A stretch of 64,000 nt of DNA from the human T2T-CHM13v2.0 reference genome, Homo sapiens. Shown here piece after piece: positions 1-13,428 of the stretch. Below the pieces are notes generated by a model that saw only the letters and a list, made by a program, of their open reading frames with translations, searched no databases and had not been told where the DNA came from. How positions within the stretch are numbered: the stretch's first letter is position 1; each line of letters opens with the position of its first letter. Where the stretch lies: NCBI RefSeq assembly GCF_009914755.1, contig NC_060935.1, one strand, 5' to 3'. The position numbers and the translations under genes were made by a program.

Positions 1-189
1 TACAAGGTGGGAATTGTAATACTTACTTGTAACACTGATCTGAGTTTTAAACATGATGTATATAAAGCAACTATCATATCATTTGGGAAGCAGTGGATTT
101 CAAAAAAAGTGAAGTGCAGCTGCAGGAAAATTGATGAAATTTAACTTCTATTCATGATTTTTTTAAAAAGATGTCTTTTACCAAACAAA

Positions 190-625
190 GACTGTATACA
201 TATAACACAAATATCTATCAATAATAGAATGGATAAATAAAGGATGGTATATTTATACAAGGGATACTGTACAGTAATAAAATGAACTAGAGAGACTAAA
301 ATTTTATGAATGTCAAAATTATCAGGTGAACAAAATAAGCAAGAAATAAAAAATACAAATGACATCATCCACTTATAGAAAGTTCAAACACATTATATTG
401 TTTAAGGATAAATACATAAATGTCAAGTGATAATGAAAAACAAAAAAACGATCTTCACAAGAGTCAGGTCAGAAAGAGGTCCATGGGAATCTTCTGGGTT
501 TGGTGGCATTTTGTTCCTTGATCTTGGCCATTGCTACATGGAATTCATTTTATAATTATTAAACTTTATATGTATTATTTACTTTTCTACATGTGTATTG
601 TGTCTCCCAATAAAGAATGAGAACA
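190..625 (+). mobile_element. Ancient L1M (ME/MC-like) 3' end fragment
   Basis: caaatatctatcaataatagaatggataaataa...ggtatattt resembles the L1M 3' region; highly diverged. Confidence 0.55.
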
Positions 626-1579
626 AAAATGTCATTATTATTACAAAGCATTAATTATTTTTAGTTAATGTTCCTTTTCTTTCACAAACACATGACATCT
701 AAGTCTATATGGGCCCTGAGATTCCCATGTACTCACAAACATTAATGTAATATTTCCTTTTTGATATGAGAATAACAAAGCATCTCAAGTACTCTAAAGC
801 ACAAATAGGATGGATAGCATGGAACAAATGCTCTGCTGCCAAGAACATTTTGTAGGAATCTATTGGCTTATTTAGAAATTCCCAAAACCTTCTTGGTTCA
901 AACTAAGGAGAACTTACACTCCCCGTGCATTTAGCACAAGCCCTATCAATTACGTCAACCATGCCCCCAGTATATCAATTGAGACCATCGATTTCTGTTA
1001 TGAATATTTCTTCCTGTCTGTAATTTAGAAAGCAATAAGTTATCAGAAATTTTGTGTAGAAGACACACTATGTTAACAGGTATCCAGGTAGTAATCTTTC
1101 TGACTTGTGTCCTAGAAAACTGCCTGAAGGTCCAGCATACACTAACAAATGGACATGGAGAATGGAACAGGGGCACACAGGTGTGTATCTTCTTTGATCC
1201 CAGTAGGCACTATATGCTCCTAGCCTGCTGCCTGTCTCCTCCTACTCATTAATTCTCAACATTCAGAATCATATAGCAAACTAAGGAACACTGAAATAAG
1301 ACTACTAGACAATTCTGACACCAAAATGTAACTGTTATGTCAATACATATGCTGCAAATATATTCACACATACTTCTCACATATAAACTGTATCCAGGAG
1401 ATGCCAACTATGACTTTAAGATTCCTTAAGGTTATTGAGAGTATGGAAGTCTTGCCATGTGCAGTGAATCTATTATTTCAGTAATGGGGCTAAAATAGGA
1501 TTTTTATTCACCAACTATAATCTAAGAGAACTTCAACAAATAAGGTTTTCTAAAATATTCTCTCTTTTCACTTCTTGAA

Positions 1580-1641
1580 CTGTATGCCAGGCATTTAAAA
1601 TTTATCATCTCATTTAATCTTCCCAACAGCCTAAGAACTAG

Positions 1642-1683
<42 letters not shown>

Positions 1684-1960
1684 ATATATAATTATATATA
1701 ATTGAAATACAATATAATATATAATTATATATAATTGAAATACAATATATAATTATATAATTATATTTTATAATTATAATATATAAATATATTATGTATA
1801 ATATATAATTATATAAAATATATTTAATATATAAATATATAATACATAATTATATATACTGATATATATATATATCTCTCTCTCTCTCTCACAGATGAGG
1901 AAAGTGAGGTTGAAAGAGGTTAAGTAGCTTATCCAAAGAGGTGTCAAGCCATTTAACCAA
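1580..1960 (-). mobile_element. MIR split by an AT-rich microsatellite
   Basis: tctcatttaatcttcccaacagcc...acagatgaggaaagtgaggt...gaggttaagtagctt MIR core on both sides of the repeat. Confidence 0.7.
1644..1890. repeat. (AT)n / AT-rich low complexity plus (CT)n
   Basis: Pure (AT) run, then a degenerate AT tract with a duplicated TATATATAATTGAAATACAATATA unit, ending in (CT)8. Confidence 0.92.
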
Positions 1961-4900
1961 AGTAAGAATCCAATTCTATTTTTTAATTGACACCATTCTC
2001 TGTGATAGCAAAGCTCGTACCATTCTCACTTCAAGAGATGCTGCATCCGTAAACAATCATGCTTATTTATAAAAAGAAAACTGAGATGAAATGATTATTT
2101 AAAACTTTTAAGAACATTTCCACACAATGAAATATAGTGCAGCTATCAGAAAGAATGCAATAAATCTATATTTGCTAAAATGCAAGATTTTACAAAATAC
2201 ATATACTATTGAGTGAAAAAAATCATGGTGTAGAAGAGTATGAAGATATCATATAATTTTGCTTTGTCAAAAAATATATACGGTTACATATGCATTGACA
2301 AGTTCTGAAAGAGTGTGCAAGGAAATGTCAGTGGGTAACTCTGGGGGTAGTACCAAGGGTAGGGTTCATGCAGAGAGACTGACATTTTCCCTTTGTATCC
2401 TTCTGGTTTTTTTGATGTTTCATGTTCAAATATCACTTTTTAAAATTAAAGACAATCCAATTTTTAAAAAGATTGTGAGATGTACAGATCAGAACAAAGG
2501 CCTACTAATGGGAGGAGCTGAATATTAGAAATGCCTGCTTTAATCACCTGAAGTGATTTAAGAGCAAGTGAAGTACAAAATCAAACACTTTTGTAAGTTG
2601 AACAGAACTCAAAACCTAGAAATACATCTAACTTATTCATTAGGTTGATTTTAAAAAGGGATATATTATAAAATTTAAAAAATAGTTATTGAAACAATGT
2701 GAGGATGGTCAGCTATATGAAAAATAATTATTTATATCCACACCTCATATTACGCCATAAAGCAAAACAAACATATGTGAATAAAACATTTATACATGTT
2801 TTATTTAGCTAGCTAAATAAAAACAAATCCAAGAAAATAGCAAAAAGGCAAGTCAACATTTATCAGATCTTATACTGGTAGTTACCAACTTTGATGAGTT
2901 ACAAGAGGCTATAATAAAAAGAAATATTTAAATGTTTATGATAAAATCATTTCAATAAAAAGTGGCAGAGAGAAAAACATATTGAATAAGGGAGAAAAGA
3001 GGAGTTATGTTTAAAATTGAGAGAAAAATTGACAAAGAAAAAAGGGATAAAAAAGAAAACTTGTATGCAAAATGGAATATTTCAAAATAAATTAAATAAT
3101 AAAAATATAAAAACACAAATGAAAAAATGTCAAAAAATAAATAAAATAAAATAAAATTGAGAAAGAACTATTATGGCCCTAATAGATAAATAGGTAAATT
3201 TCATGTAAATATAATACAATTTTTAAAATATAATTAATAAAGCAATACTTAGAAAAATATTTAGTCAATGAATAGACAAATAAGTGCAAATTAAAAACAA
3301 TATGAGGTACTGTTTTTTCCATACTGAGTTAGCAGTATAAAGAATGATATCAAAAGTATACAAGACTGATACCAAATTATAACCTCCCTTTTTTCTGATG
3401 ACACAGAAAGTGGAACAGTCTTTTTGGAAATTATAGTCTAAGACTCATGAAAATAATTCTATTCAGTTTTTGTGCTTTGGAAATTATTACTGATAAAATT
3501 TAGTCTAAAAAGAATCTAAATTTTTTTAAGATGTTTTTTGCAACATTATAAGAATAAAAATTTAGAATCAACTTACATATGTCCAACAATTACAAAATCA
3601 TCATGTAATTAATTCCTCAACAAAAAGTTCCTTGATAGAATTTTATCTGCCTTTTATCAAAATTATTATGAAGAATACATATTACACATATGAAAACACA
3701 AGTATGATGTTACATTAAATTAAAAAAGACGCAAGGATATAAGCTATGGATGTAAAATCATGCATATATATGGATAGGTATAAGAACATAACTGAGAGAA
3801 ATATAATTTGATTTGTTAGAGTGCAGATTTATTGATACTTTTTTCTTAATTTTAATTTTATTTCTGCTAACGCTATTATGCAAATATTTGTTCAACTGAT
3901 AGTAATAATTTTCATAACCTTAAAACACACAGTAGTGTTTTTAAGCAACAGAACTAAAGAAAAAATAATTTCAACAGCAAAATCTGTAACATTTGTCATA
4001 AGCACTAATAAATAAGGATAAAGGGCAATTGAATAACAATATTATTCTTTATATATAAATGTTTCCTAAGGCCTTTGTAGTCTGATACATTATAAAACAC
4101 AAACAGATTAAGTAAAAAATACACACAACATGGAGAGTATGTGGTATAACCTCACTGGACTGGAAAAATGTGTTCTTATCAAATGTAGTACTTTGAAATA
4201 TTGCATATTTATATATTTCATTTTTATTTTAAAAATAATATATGTGCTTAACTATACATTCATTGAGCTCACCTAATATCATTGTGATATAAAAGATGAT
4301 TCCCATAGTTTATTAGATCATGGTATTTAAAGTAAATTGAACCATGTGATTGAATAATGAAATATTTAATTTTGGTGCTACATTGACCAAAATTAAAATA
4401 ATCTTTTCATTAAGAGCAACTATATGACTACAAATACATAAGTACATAGGACAAAGTGGTCAGTATCCATAGTCTAGTTTGCTTAGAGAAAATGCTTCTG
4501 TACTTTAGGAATCAGAAAATAGTTTCTCCATATAAGAGCATATCTTCAAGTCAACATCCTTCTATAAATAAATAGTTCAATTTCAAACTTCCTGGAAATG
4601 AGTATTTAACATTTAATCATTAAATACAGTCAGTGAAACTATTAAATGAATTCAAAGGACTAAATGAATATTATGAACTGGCAGTTATTAACTGCAACCA
4701 TAAAGTATTAAAGAATAAACAGTATTGATGGCCAATCTGGAGTGACAATCTTAGTAACAAAATATTTTTATAAACTGTTTGTCAAAAAGAAGGCCAAAAA
4801 ATACATCAGATTTGACCACTTAAAGTATTTTCTTTGTTGGCATAATTTCTCTTTTTAAAAAATAACTTAATACAAATTATTCTACTAAGAAATAACATTC

Positions 4901-5384
4901 TTTAGAAAAAAAAACTTGATTCACCAGTGCTTCATGAAATTGCTTTTCATTACTCTCTCATACAGTCATAAAGCTGCACATTTTTTCTGTAGTTCTAAAC
5001 AAGGTTTAAATCAACTCCCCCCTCCCCCACCAACAAATTATCTCTGCCAATTAATGATTCAAAAACTTTCCTAAAATTCAATTATTTACAGATGGGTCTA
5101 GAGTTTCTACACATATTGTGTGCAAAGCAATGTTTGCCCTTTGATCCAAACTATATTTTCAAGGACATCTCTAAAGCAAACAAACAGCCTTGGAAGATAG
5201 AATGTCTCCCACCAGAGCCTCAGGGCTGTCATGGTTATTGCTCATTACAAAAGATTTAGGTTCTCTAAGCTCAGAGATCCTTTCTGTAACACAACTCACT
5301 GTTAGTGCAGGTACCATCCCATCCTTTTGTGTCTCCTTGTAGAAACTGGGGCTTGGGGAACTGATACAAAAATAAGAATACACT

Positions 5385-5524
5385 AGCTCCTGTTATTGCT
5401 ATGATTAAAGGTTGTCCAACTTTGGCCCAGGAGGTTTGTGTCTTTTATCGGCATCCATGAAACTATGGCGGGCCATCTTGTAAGTTTGCAAGTAAAAATC
5501 TCAGACCCTTCACAGTTCTTTACA
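5385..5524 (+). mobile_element. LTR 3' fragment, MER34/MER39-like (ERV1)
   Basis: Ends aaaatctcagacccttcacagttctttaca, resembling the MER34-group LTR terminus (recalled). Confidence 0.45.
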
Positions 5525-6444
5525 CCAATAAGATCATATACTTGATGTACCCTTTATAAGTTATTTTCAGAACTTAGAAACTTAGTTTTCTTTTGTTAAG
5601 TGAAGCCAGGGCCATTCACTGCACATTTTCCACTGGGCAGCAGGTCACCTCTAGCTGTAAGAAACAAGAAAGATGACGAAGAGGAGAAATCAACATAACC
5701 CATGTTTGAAACACACAGTGGCCTATATTTGAAAACATAATAACAAAGCCACATGAGGCTGGCTTTTCTAATCATCCAAAATTACTTGGCTCTAAATATT
5801 TTCATCACCTTCTGTCTCAGCAGTTTATATGTCAAGAAACAAAATGGTCCAGAAAGTATTTGTACCAAATAATAAAGCTTTAGTCAATCCATTCTGACAC
5901 AAGGCAAACTAAGGAGGTGAGTCAGAAAGTTCAAGTTTTGCTCTTCAGACATCTTTCTTCTGTTTAGGTTTGTTTATTTGTTGCCCAAATCAAAAAGTGA
6001 ACACTGGTTTATGATCCAACAACAAATCCTACAAGAAGTTTAGTCTTAGCTATTAGATTATCCATTAAAAAAAATTCTCCATCTAATTAAGATGATAAAT
6101 GTCTCAAACTCTGCATAGTTCCTCTATAATTCCTACATTATTATTTTTCAATTGGTACTAAATATACATCTTATAGCCGCTCAGGATCAGGTCTAATTCT
6201 GGGTTCTGGTTAGTGTTTGGAATAACATGAGTAAATGATATGGCATAAATATAAATGATAGTGACAAACACTGTCAAACTTTATCCAGTGTGGTTTTTCT
6301 GTTTCAAGTGGCAGAAATTAAGTGAAAATATCATAACCAATAAATGTTTATTCTTTTATCAGATAACGGCTGAGAAATATGTGGTATTTGGCTAATGTGA
6401 AAAGAGAAGCTTCCTTAAAGTCTGGGTTTGCAGAAATTCGGGAA

Positions 6445-6509
6445 GTAGAGTATTAATGGGAAGTAAGATAGGGTGAGGTAGAGTATTAATGGGAAGTAAG
6501 ATAGGTGAT
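6445..6509. repeat. 33-bp tandem duplication
   Basis: GTAGAGTATTAATGGGAAGTAAGATAGG(G)TGA occurs twice, at 6445 and 6478. Confidence 0.9.
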
Positions 6510-9500
6510 GTAATCAAAGAATCAGTGCCAGTCCCCTCTTTCTTCATCTGATTCAAGATCGTGAACCTGAGCCAGCTCTGATAAATGTAATAATTCTAGA
6601 CAGTGAAGTTTACCATTGAAACACTGAAGTTGACTGCAGAAACCAAATGCTGTTCTAAGCTAACTCTTTCCTGTAACCTATCCCATCTCTGCCTACTCTG
6701 ATACCAGCCTTATTTTTTTTTAATTTTTCTTTTGTTTCCTCCTGACTAGGCTTTGTAACCCTCTCACTGAACCTTTATCACAGCTGGTATTCTATTTCAA
6801 ACTGGATAAACAAAAGAATAATTGAGATGAAACCATAGGCTAAATGCAAATATCTCCCGACCTATTAACTCCTATTGCCTTCCTCACCTATCGCATCAGC
6901 CCCTCTTGGATGCCAATGTTAGTTTAAAGCAAGTAATGTTAGTCCCATGCCTTTGGACATTATACTCTAGATTGCTGATCAGTACTTTAGAATCCACCCA
7001 GGTTGTGTTTCTAATAGTTTCCAGCTTTCCTCCCTCTCAACCAGCTCACCTACTGAGAACTTAGCATACACTGGATCACATTCACTAAGAATTATAATAT
7101 ATTCTAGCACACATGTATGGATAAGCTCCTCTATTTTATTCACGTCTCTTTTGGCTCCCATAGCTACTTTTAGAAGAGTAAGTGCACTCATACATCATTC
7201 TCTCCACAAAAAGATTCTTAAGATTTATCGTGTCCCAGGTACCAAGCTCAGTAATAGGGTATATGTAAAGGAAAATGAGACAATTGAAAGAAAAAATTAA
7301 GTCCCTGCTCTATACTAGATGCCGTTGTAAGTGTTCATAGTTCTGTGGGGAAAATGTTTATGTGAACACATTTCACACATGCTTTAAATGCTATGCTAGA
7401 GGTATGTGCAATGCACATAGAAATACAGAAATAGACACACTGGACTCTGCATCAGTTGAAGCTGAATTCACTGGCCGGTGACTTTTAAAGAACACGTGGT
7501 CAGATGCAAAATGGTTCTATAAATAAAGAGGAAGGAGAAATCAGTGCTCCAGGCAGACAGACCAGTATATTCAGTGAAATGGATGTGTGAGACAGTATAT
7601 TCTACACTGTGTCTCTTCAATAGGAAGAACTGAAAATGAAAATTGTTCCTTTTCACTTCTGCTTTTTATTAAGAGGCCAGTAGTAGAGAAGCTGGAACAA
7701 CAAAAGAAAGTTTTAGATTTGCATATAAACTTTTGTTTACATTTATGTTATGCTTGGTATGTTAACTGGGCATCTAAGCTTATTTCAAAGTAGAGCAATA
7801 GTAAAAAAAAAAAAATTAACCTGTTAAGAGAATAAACAGTGGCCTGATTATGTTGGAATCCTTAATGTTTCCCATGTTTGCATGAATGTATGTATAAAAC
7901 ATATATATAAATTGGGAATATGGTGGGTTTTCCTGGTTTCAGTGTGAGACACTGACCTCTACAGTATCCTTCAGTGCCCTGGCCAGTTTCAGGTGGTGGT
8001 TGCCCAGTGCCAGGCAATGGGAAGAATCAAGTTATAAGCCTCACTATATTTCTTTCCCTGCATCACCCAAAAAGTGAGGAAAAAATTTTAAAAAACAAAG
8101 ATGAAAAATAACCAATCAACAAAATTCTTTATTAACTAAAAGTTAATGAAAGTTATTGTAAACTCCAGCCTAAGAAAGATAGCAGCTGATCTTCTTTCAA
8201 AGCTGAATAACACCCTTAATCAATCCCAGCCCTATTTCCTTGCCCTAGCTTGTCCTCCCACTGGGTGTAGGCACATCACCCGCTTGACTCCCTTCCCTCT
8301 CTGTCCTCTCTAAGTTTGTCTTGCTCTCTATGCCTGAGTCTTAAAACAGGCCACAAAGATGCCACTCCATGGGTTAAAGTTGTTCTGGGTTCCATTAGTG
8401 TTTGCTCTTTCTTCTTACCTAGGTAATTTCAGTGCTATGACACTGCGGTCTGATAGTCACTGAGCCCTCACTCTGTGGTAGGCTAAGAGACACTGCCATG
8501 AGAAGGAGAGTTTCAGGCTTTGGGAGCTCATCCTCTTGAGAAGTGTACATTCACTAGATGATTATACAACTAAATCTCTTTTTGATGAAATCAGGCTTCA
8601 CCTATTATTCAAAGGCAGGATGTTTTAGGCTTGGTGTCAACGGGTCATGGAACATACGAGGACTCCACATTATTTCTTCCGTTCCAAAGGCTGTACCTTT
8701 CTTTTCAACTTTGCCACATGGCATCCTACTCTTTCACCATTCTGCAATGGACTTCTATTATTTAACAACGACCACCAAAAGGCTTCCTTTTCCTGTCTAG
8801 GAAGGGTCCTGGGTACTCAATGTATTTGCTCATGACCTGAGCTTCGTAAGTGGTTGAGCTGATATATTCTGCTCATAGTTATCGATGTGAGTCATCTGCT
8901 TTTCCGCATCCTGGTATGAATACCCCTGAGCATGCAGTGTGACCTAAGGACATATGAAGTTATGGATAAACATATTTCATCTTTTTGGAAGAAAGGATGG
9001 TAGAAAAACAACTTTATTTTTAGATGAACATGGGAACATTATGTAAGAGAATGCAAACTTTTAATGTAAAACAGATGTCAAAGAATATTTGTGTTTATGG
9101 TGGACTGTACCAGATTTCTATGAGAACTAGTCATTTTTTTTCTGTAGTCAGGAACAGAAAATGTGGAGAATTTTATATAAATAAAATTTATTTACAAAAC
9201 TTGAAGAACAGTGCACACAAACATTCTTCAAGACAGATCACTTGTTAGGGCACGAAATACACCTCAGCAAATTTCAAAAGACTGAAATTACAGAAATCAG
9301 TAACAGGGGGACTTTGGAAAAATTTGCCAATACACGGATATTGAACAGCATGCTCCTGAGCAACCAATGGGTGAATGGAAGATTAAAAGGGGGACTTTTT
9401 AAATGTCTTGAGGCAAATGAAAGTGGAAACACAATATACCAAAACTTACAGAATGCAGCAAAAGCAGTTCTAAGAGCAAAGCTTATAGCAATAAACACCT

Positions 9501-10467
9501 ATTTCAAAAAAGAAGAAAGATCTCAAATTAACAACCTAATATTATACCTCAATGAAACAGAAAAAATAAACTAAGCCCATAGTTAGCAGAAGGGAGCAAA
9601 TAATAAACATTAGAGCAGAAATAAATGAAATAGAGACTAGGGAAACAATCCAAAAGATCAACAAATGAAGAGTATGTTTTTTGAAAAGAAAAAATCAACA
9701 AACCTTTAGTTGGGCTCACTAAGAAAAAAAATAGAGATAATTCAAATAAAATCAGAAATAAAAAGGAGACATTAAAACTGATACCACAGAAATACAAAAG
9801 CTCATGAGAGATTACTAGAAACAATTATATGCCAACAAATTGGATAACCTAGAAGAAATAAATTCCTAGATACATAGAACCCGCCAAGACTGAATCATGA
9901 AGAAATAGAATATGTGAACAGACCAATAACAAGTAAGGAGATTGAATAAATAACCAATAATTAAAAGTCTTTCATCAAAGAAAAGCCTGATGGCTTCACA
10001 GCTGAATTCTACCAGACATTTAAAGAAGAAATAATACCAGTCCTTTTCAAACTATTCCAAAAAATTAAACAGGAGGGAATACTTCCAAACTCTTTTTAAG
10101 AAGCCAGCCCTACCCTGATACCAAAGCCAGATGAGAGCTCTACAAGAAAAGAAAACTATAGGCCAGTACCCTCAATGAACATAGATCCAAAAATCTTCAA
10201 CAAAATATACAAGCAAACAAAATTCAACAGCACATTAAAAAGATCATCCTCCATGATCAGGTGGGATTAATTCCTGAGATGCAAGGATGGCTCAACATAC
10301 ACAAATTAATAAATGTGATCCATTACATTGAAAAACAAAAGGACAAAAAACCATATGGTCATCTAATTAGATATAGGAAAAGCATTTGACAAAATTCAAT
10401 ATTCTTTCATGATAAAAACTCTTACCAGATTACGTATAGAAGAAAGGTACCTCAATAAAATAAAGAT

Positions 10468-10861
<394 letters not shown>

Positions 10862-11596
10862 TTACCACTTCTATTCAACATAGTACTGGAAGAGCTTACC
10901 AGAGCAATTAGGCAAGAGAAAAAATAAAAGGCATCCAAATTAGAAAGGAAGAAGTTAAATTTTCTCTGCTTGTAGATAATATAATTTTACATACAGAAAA
11001 CTCTACTAATTCCACACACACACACACAAAAAAACCTGTTATAACAAATGAATACAGTAAAGTTGCAGGATACAAAATCAACACAGAAAAATCAGTAACA
11101 TTTCTATACACTAACAAAGAACTACCCAAAAAAAGAAATCAGGAGAACAATCTCATTTACAATCTCTACAAAAAGGGTAAATTATTTAGGAGTAAATTTA
11201 ACCAAGGAGGTGACTGTCTTCTACAAGGAAAACTATAAAATGTTGATAAAACAAATTGAGGAAGATACAAATAAATGGAAAGATATTCCATGTTCATAGA
11301 TTACAAGAATTAATATTATTAAAGGTTTATACTAGCCAAAGTGATCTACAGATTACGTGATCTACAGATTCAATGCAATCCTTTTCAAAATTCCAATGTC
11401 ATTTTTCATAAAAAGAGAAAAACAGTCCTAAAATTCATATGGAACTGCAAAAATCCTCAAATAGCCAAGGCAATTCATAAGCAAAAAGAATAAAACTGAA
11501 GTTATCATACTACCTGACCTCAAAATCTAGCGCATAAGAGCAAAGTACTGGCAAATACACAAACAAATATATATAAACATACATATATATGTGTGT

Positions 11597-11884
11597 GTAT
11601 ACATGTATACATATATGTATACATGTATATGGGTATACATGTATATATGTATACATGTATATGGGTATACATGTATATATGTATACATGTATATGGGTAT
11701 ACATGTATATATGTATACATGTATATGGGTATACATGTATATATGTATACATGTATATGGGTATACATGTATATATGTATACATGTATATGGGTATACAT
11801 GTATATATGTAGACATGTATATGGGTATACATGTATATATGTAGACATGTATATGGGTATACATGTATATATGTATACATGTAT
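11597..11884. repeat. 32-bp VNTR (GGGTATACATGTATATATGTATACATGTATAT) x ~9, followed by an (AT)/(CA) tract to ~11977
   Basis: GGG recurs exactly every 32 nt at 11631, 11663, 11695, 11727, 11759, 11791, 11823 and 11855. Confidence 0.95.
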
Positions 11885-11939
11885 CCATATACACACATAT
11901 ACACACACATATCTACATATATACATATATATACACACG

Positions 11940-11978
<39 letters not shown>

Positions 11979-12037
11979 TAATCAGTGAAACAGAATAGAA
12001 AGCCCAGGACTGATTTATGTATGGTCGATTGATTTTT

Positions 12038-12189
12038 TGTGTGTTTGTTTGGGACAGGGTCTTGCTCTGTCACCCAAGCTGGAGTGCAATCACAGCTCAC
12101 TGCAGCCTTGACCTCCCAGGCTCAAGCAATTCTGCCTCTTCAGCTTCCAAATGTGCTGGGATTACAGGCATGAGCTACCATGCCCAGCC
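12038..12189 (-). mobile_element. Monomer-length Alu (FRAM/FLAM or internally deleted AluJ)
   Basis: ~150 bp Alu sequence flanked by TSD TATGGTCGATTGATTTTT (12020-37) / TATGGTCAAATGATTTTT (12190-207). Confidence 0.85.
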
Positions 12190-13111
12190 TATGGTCAAAT
12201 GATTTTTGACAAAGGTGCCAAGAATACACAATGGTAACTATCAAAAGGATAGTCTCTTCGATAAATGGTGTTCAGAAAACTGGCTATCCACGTGCAGAAG
12301 AATGAAATTGGGCCCTTATCCCATGCCATATGCAAACATCAACTCAAAATGGATTAGAGATTTAAACATAAGATCAAAAACTGTAAAACTACTGGAAGAA
12401 AACAGGGGAGAAACTACACAACATTGATCTAGGCAATGTTTTTTTTGGATTTAAGCCCAAAAGTGCAGACAACAAAAGCAAAAACAGACAAATGGGATTA
12501 TATCAAACTAAAAAGCTTCTGCACAGCAAAAGAAACAACAGAGTACAGAGACAATCTATGAACTGGGAGAAATATTTGCAAGCCATATATATAAGGGGTT
12601 AATATCCACACTATATAAGGGGCTCAGGCAATTCAAAACAAAACAAAACACAGATAATAAATGAGCAAGAGACCTACATAGACATTTCTCAAAAGAAGAC
12701 ATCCAAATGGCCAGAGATATTTTAAATGTTCAACATCACTAATCTGTTGAGCTAGTCTATTCAGTGATTAGACTAATCCCTAAATTTACACTGTATTCAT
12801 AAATCATAACAATACTTTATACCCCATAAAATTAGACAATTATAAATTGCCAATTTACAATTTTAAAAAGTTTGAGAAGCACTAGCCCAGCAATTCCCTA
12901 GGGAGTGATTTTCCATGAAGTTGTCACCATAGGTTTTAACAAAACAAATAATGATCATGACATATCATGAATACACCTCTAAATAAAAGTTAACTTTTTT
13001 CATAGGGAGCTAAGATAATTTATTGGCAATTTGAAAGAATTTTTATTTCAGTGATTTTTCAAAATTTTTGTTTCTCTACACCTAAGAGCATCCACTATAA
13101 TGTCTTTTCTT

Positions 13112-13428
13112 TTTTTTTTATTATACTTTAAGTTTTAGGGTACATGTGCACAACGTGCAGGTTTGTTACATATGTATACATGTGCCATGTTGGTGTGCTG
13201 CACCCATTAACTCGTCATTTAACATTAGGTATATCTCCTAATGCTATCCCTCCCCCCTCCCCCCACCCCACAACAGGCCCCGGTGTGTGATGTTCCCCTT
13301 CCTGTGTCCAAGTGTTCTCATTGTTCAATTCCCACCTATGAGGGAGAACATGTGGTGTTTGGTTTTTTGTCCTTGCGATAGTTTGCTGAGAATGATGGTT
13401 TCCAGCTTCATCCATGTCCCTACAAAGG
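13112..13428 (-). mobile_element. 5'-truncated young L1PA (PA3/4-like) 3' end, sense to TRPC6
   Basis: Reverse complement of the L1PA 3'UTR (ttattatactttaagttttagggtacatgtgcac...). Short TSD TTTTCTT at 13105-11 and 13429-35. Confidence 0.93.

Noticed and set aside
11597-11884. Regularly spaced 32-bp repeat resembling a CRISPR array
   Set aside because: No unique spacers and no cas genes; this is a eukaryotic head-to-tail minisatellite.
11510-11981. Six overlapping 73-154 aa ORFs rich in Y/M/C/I/H
   Set aside because: Translations of the stop-free VNTR/microsatellite; not genes.
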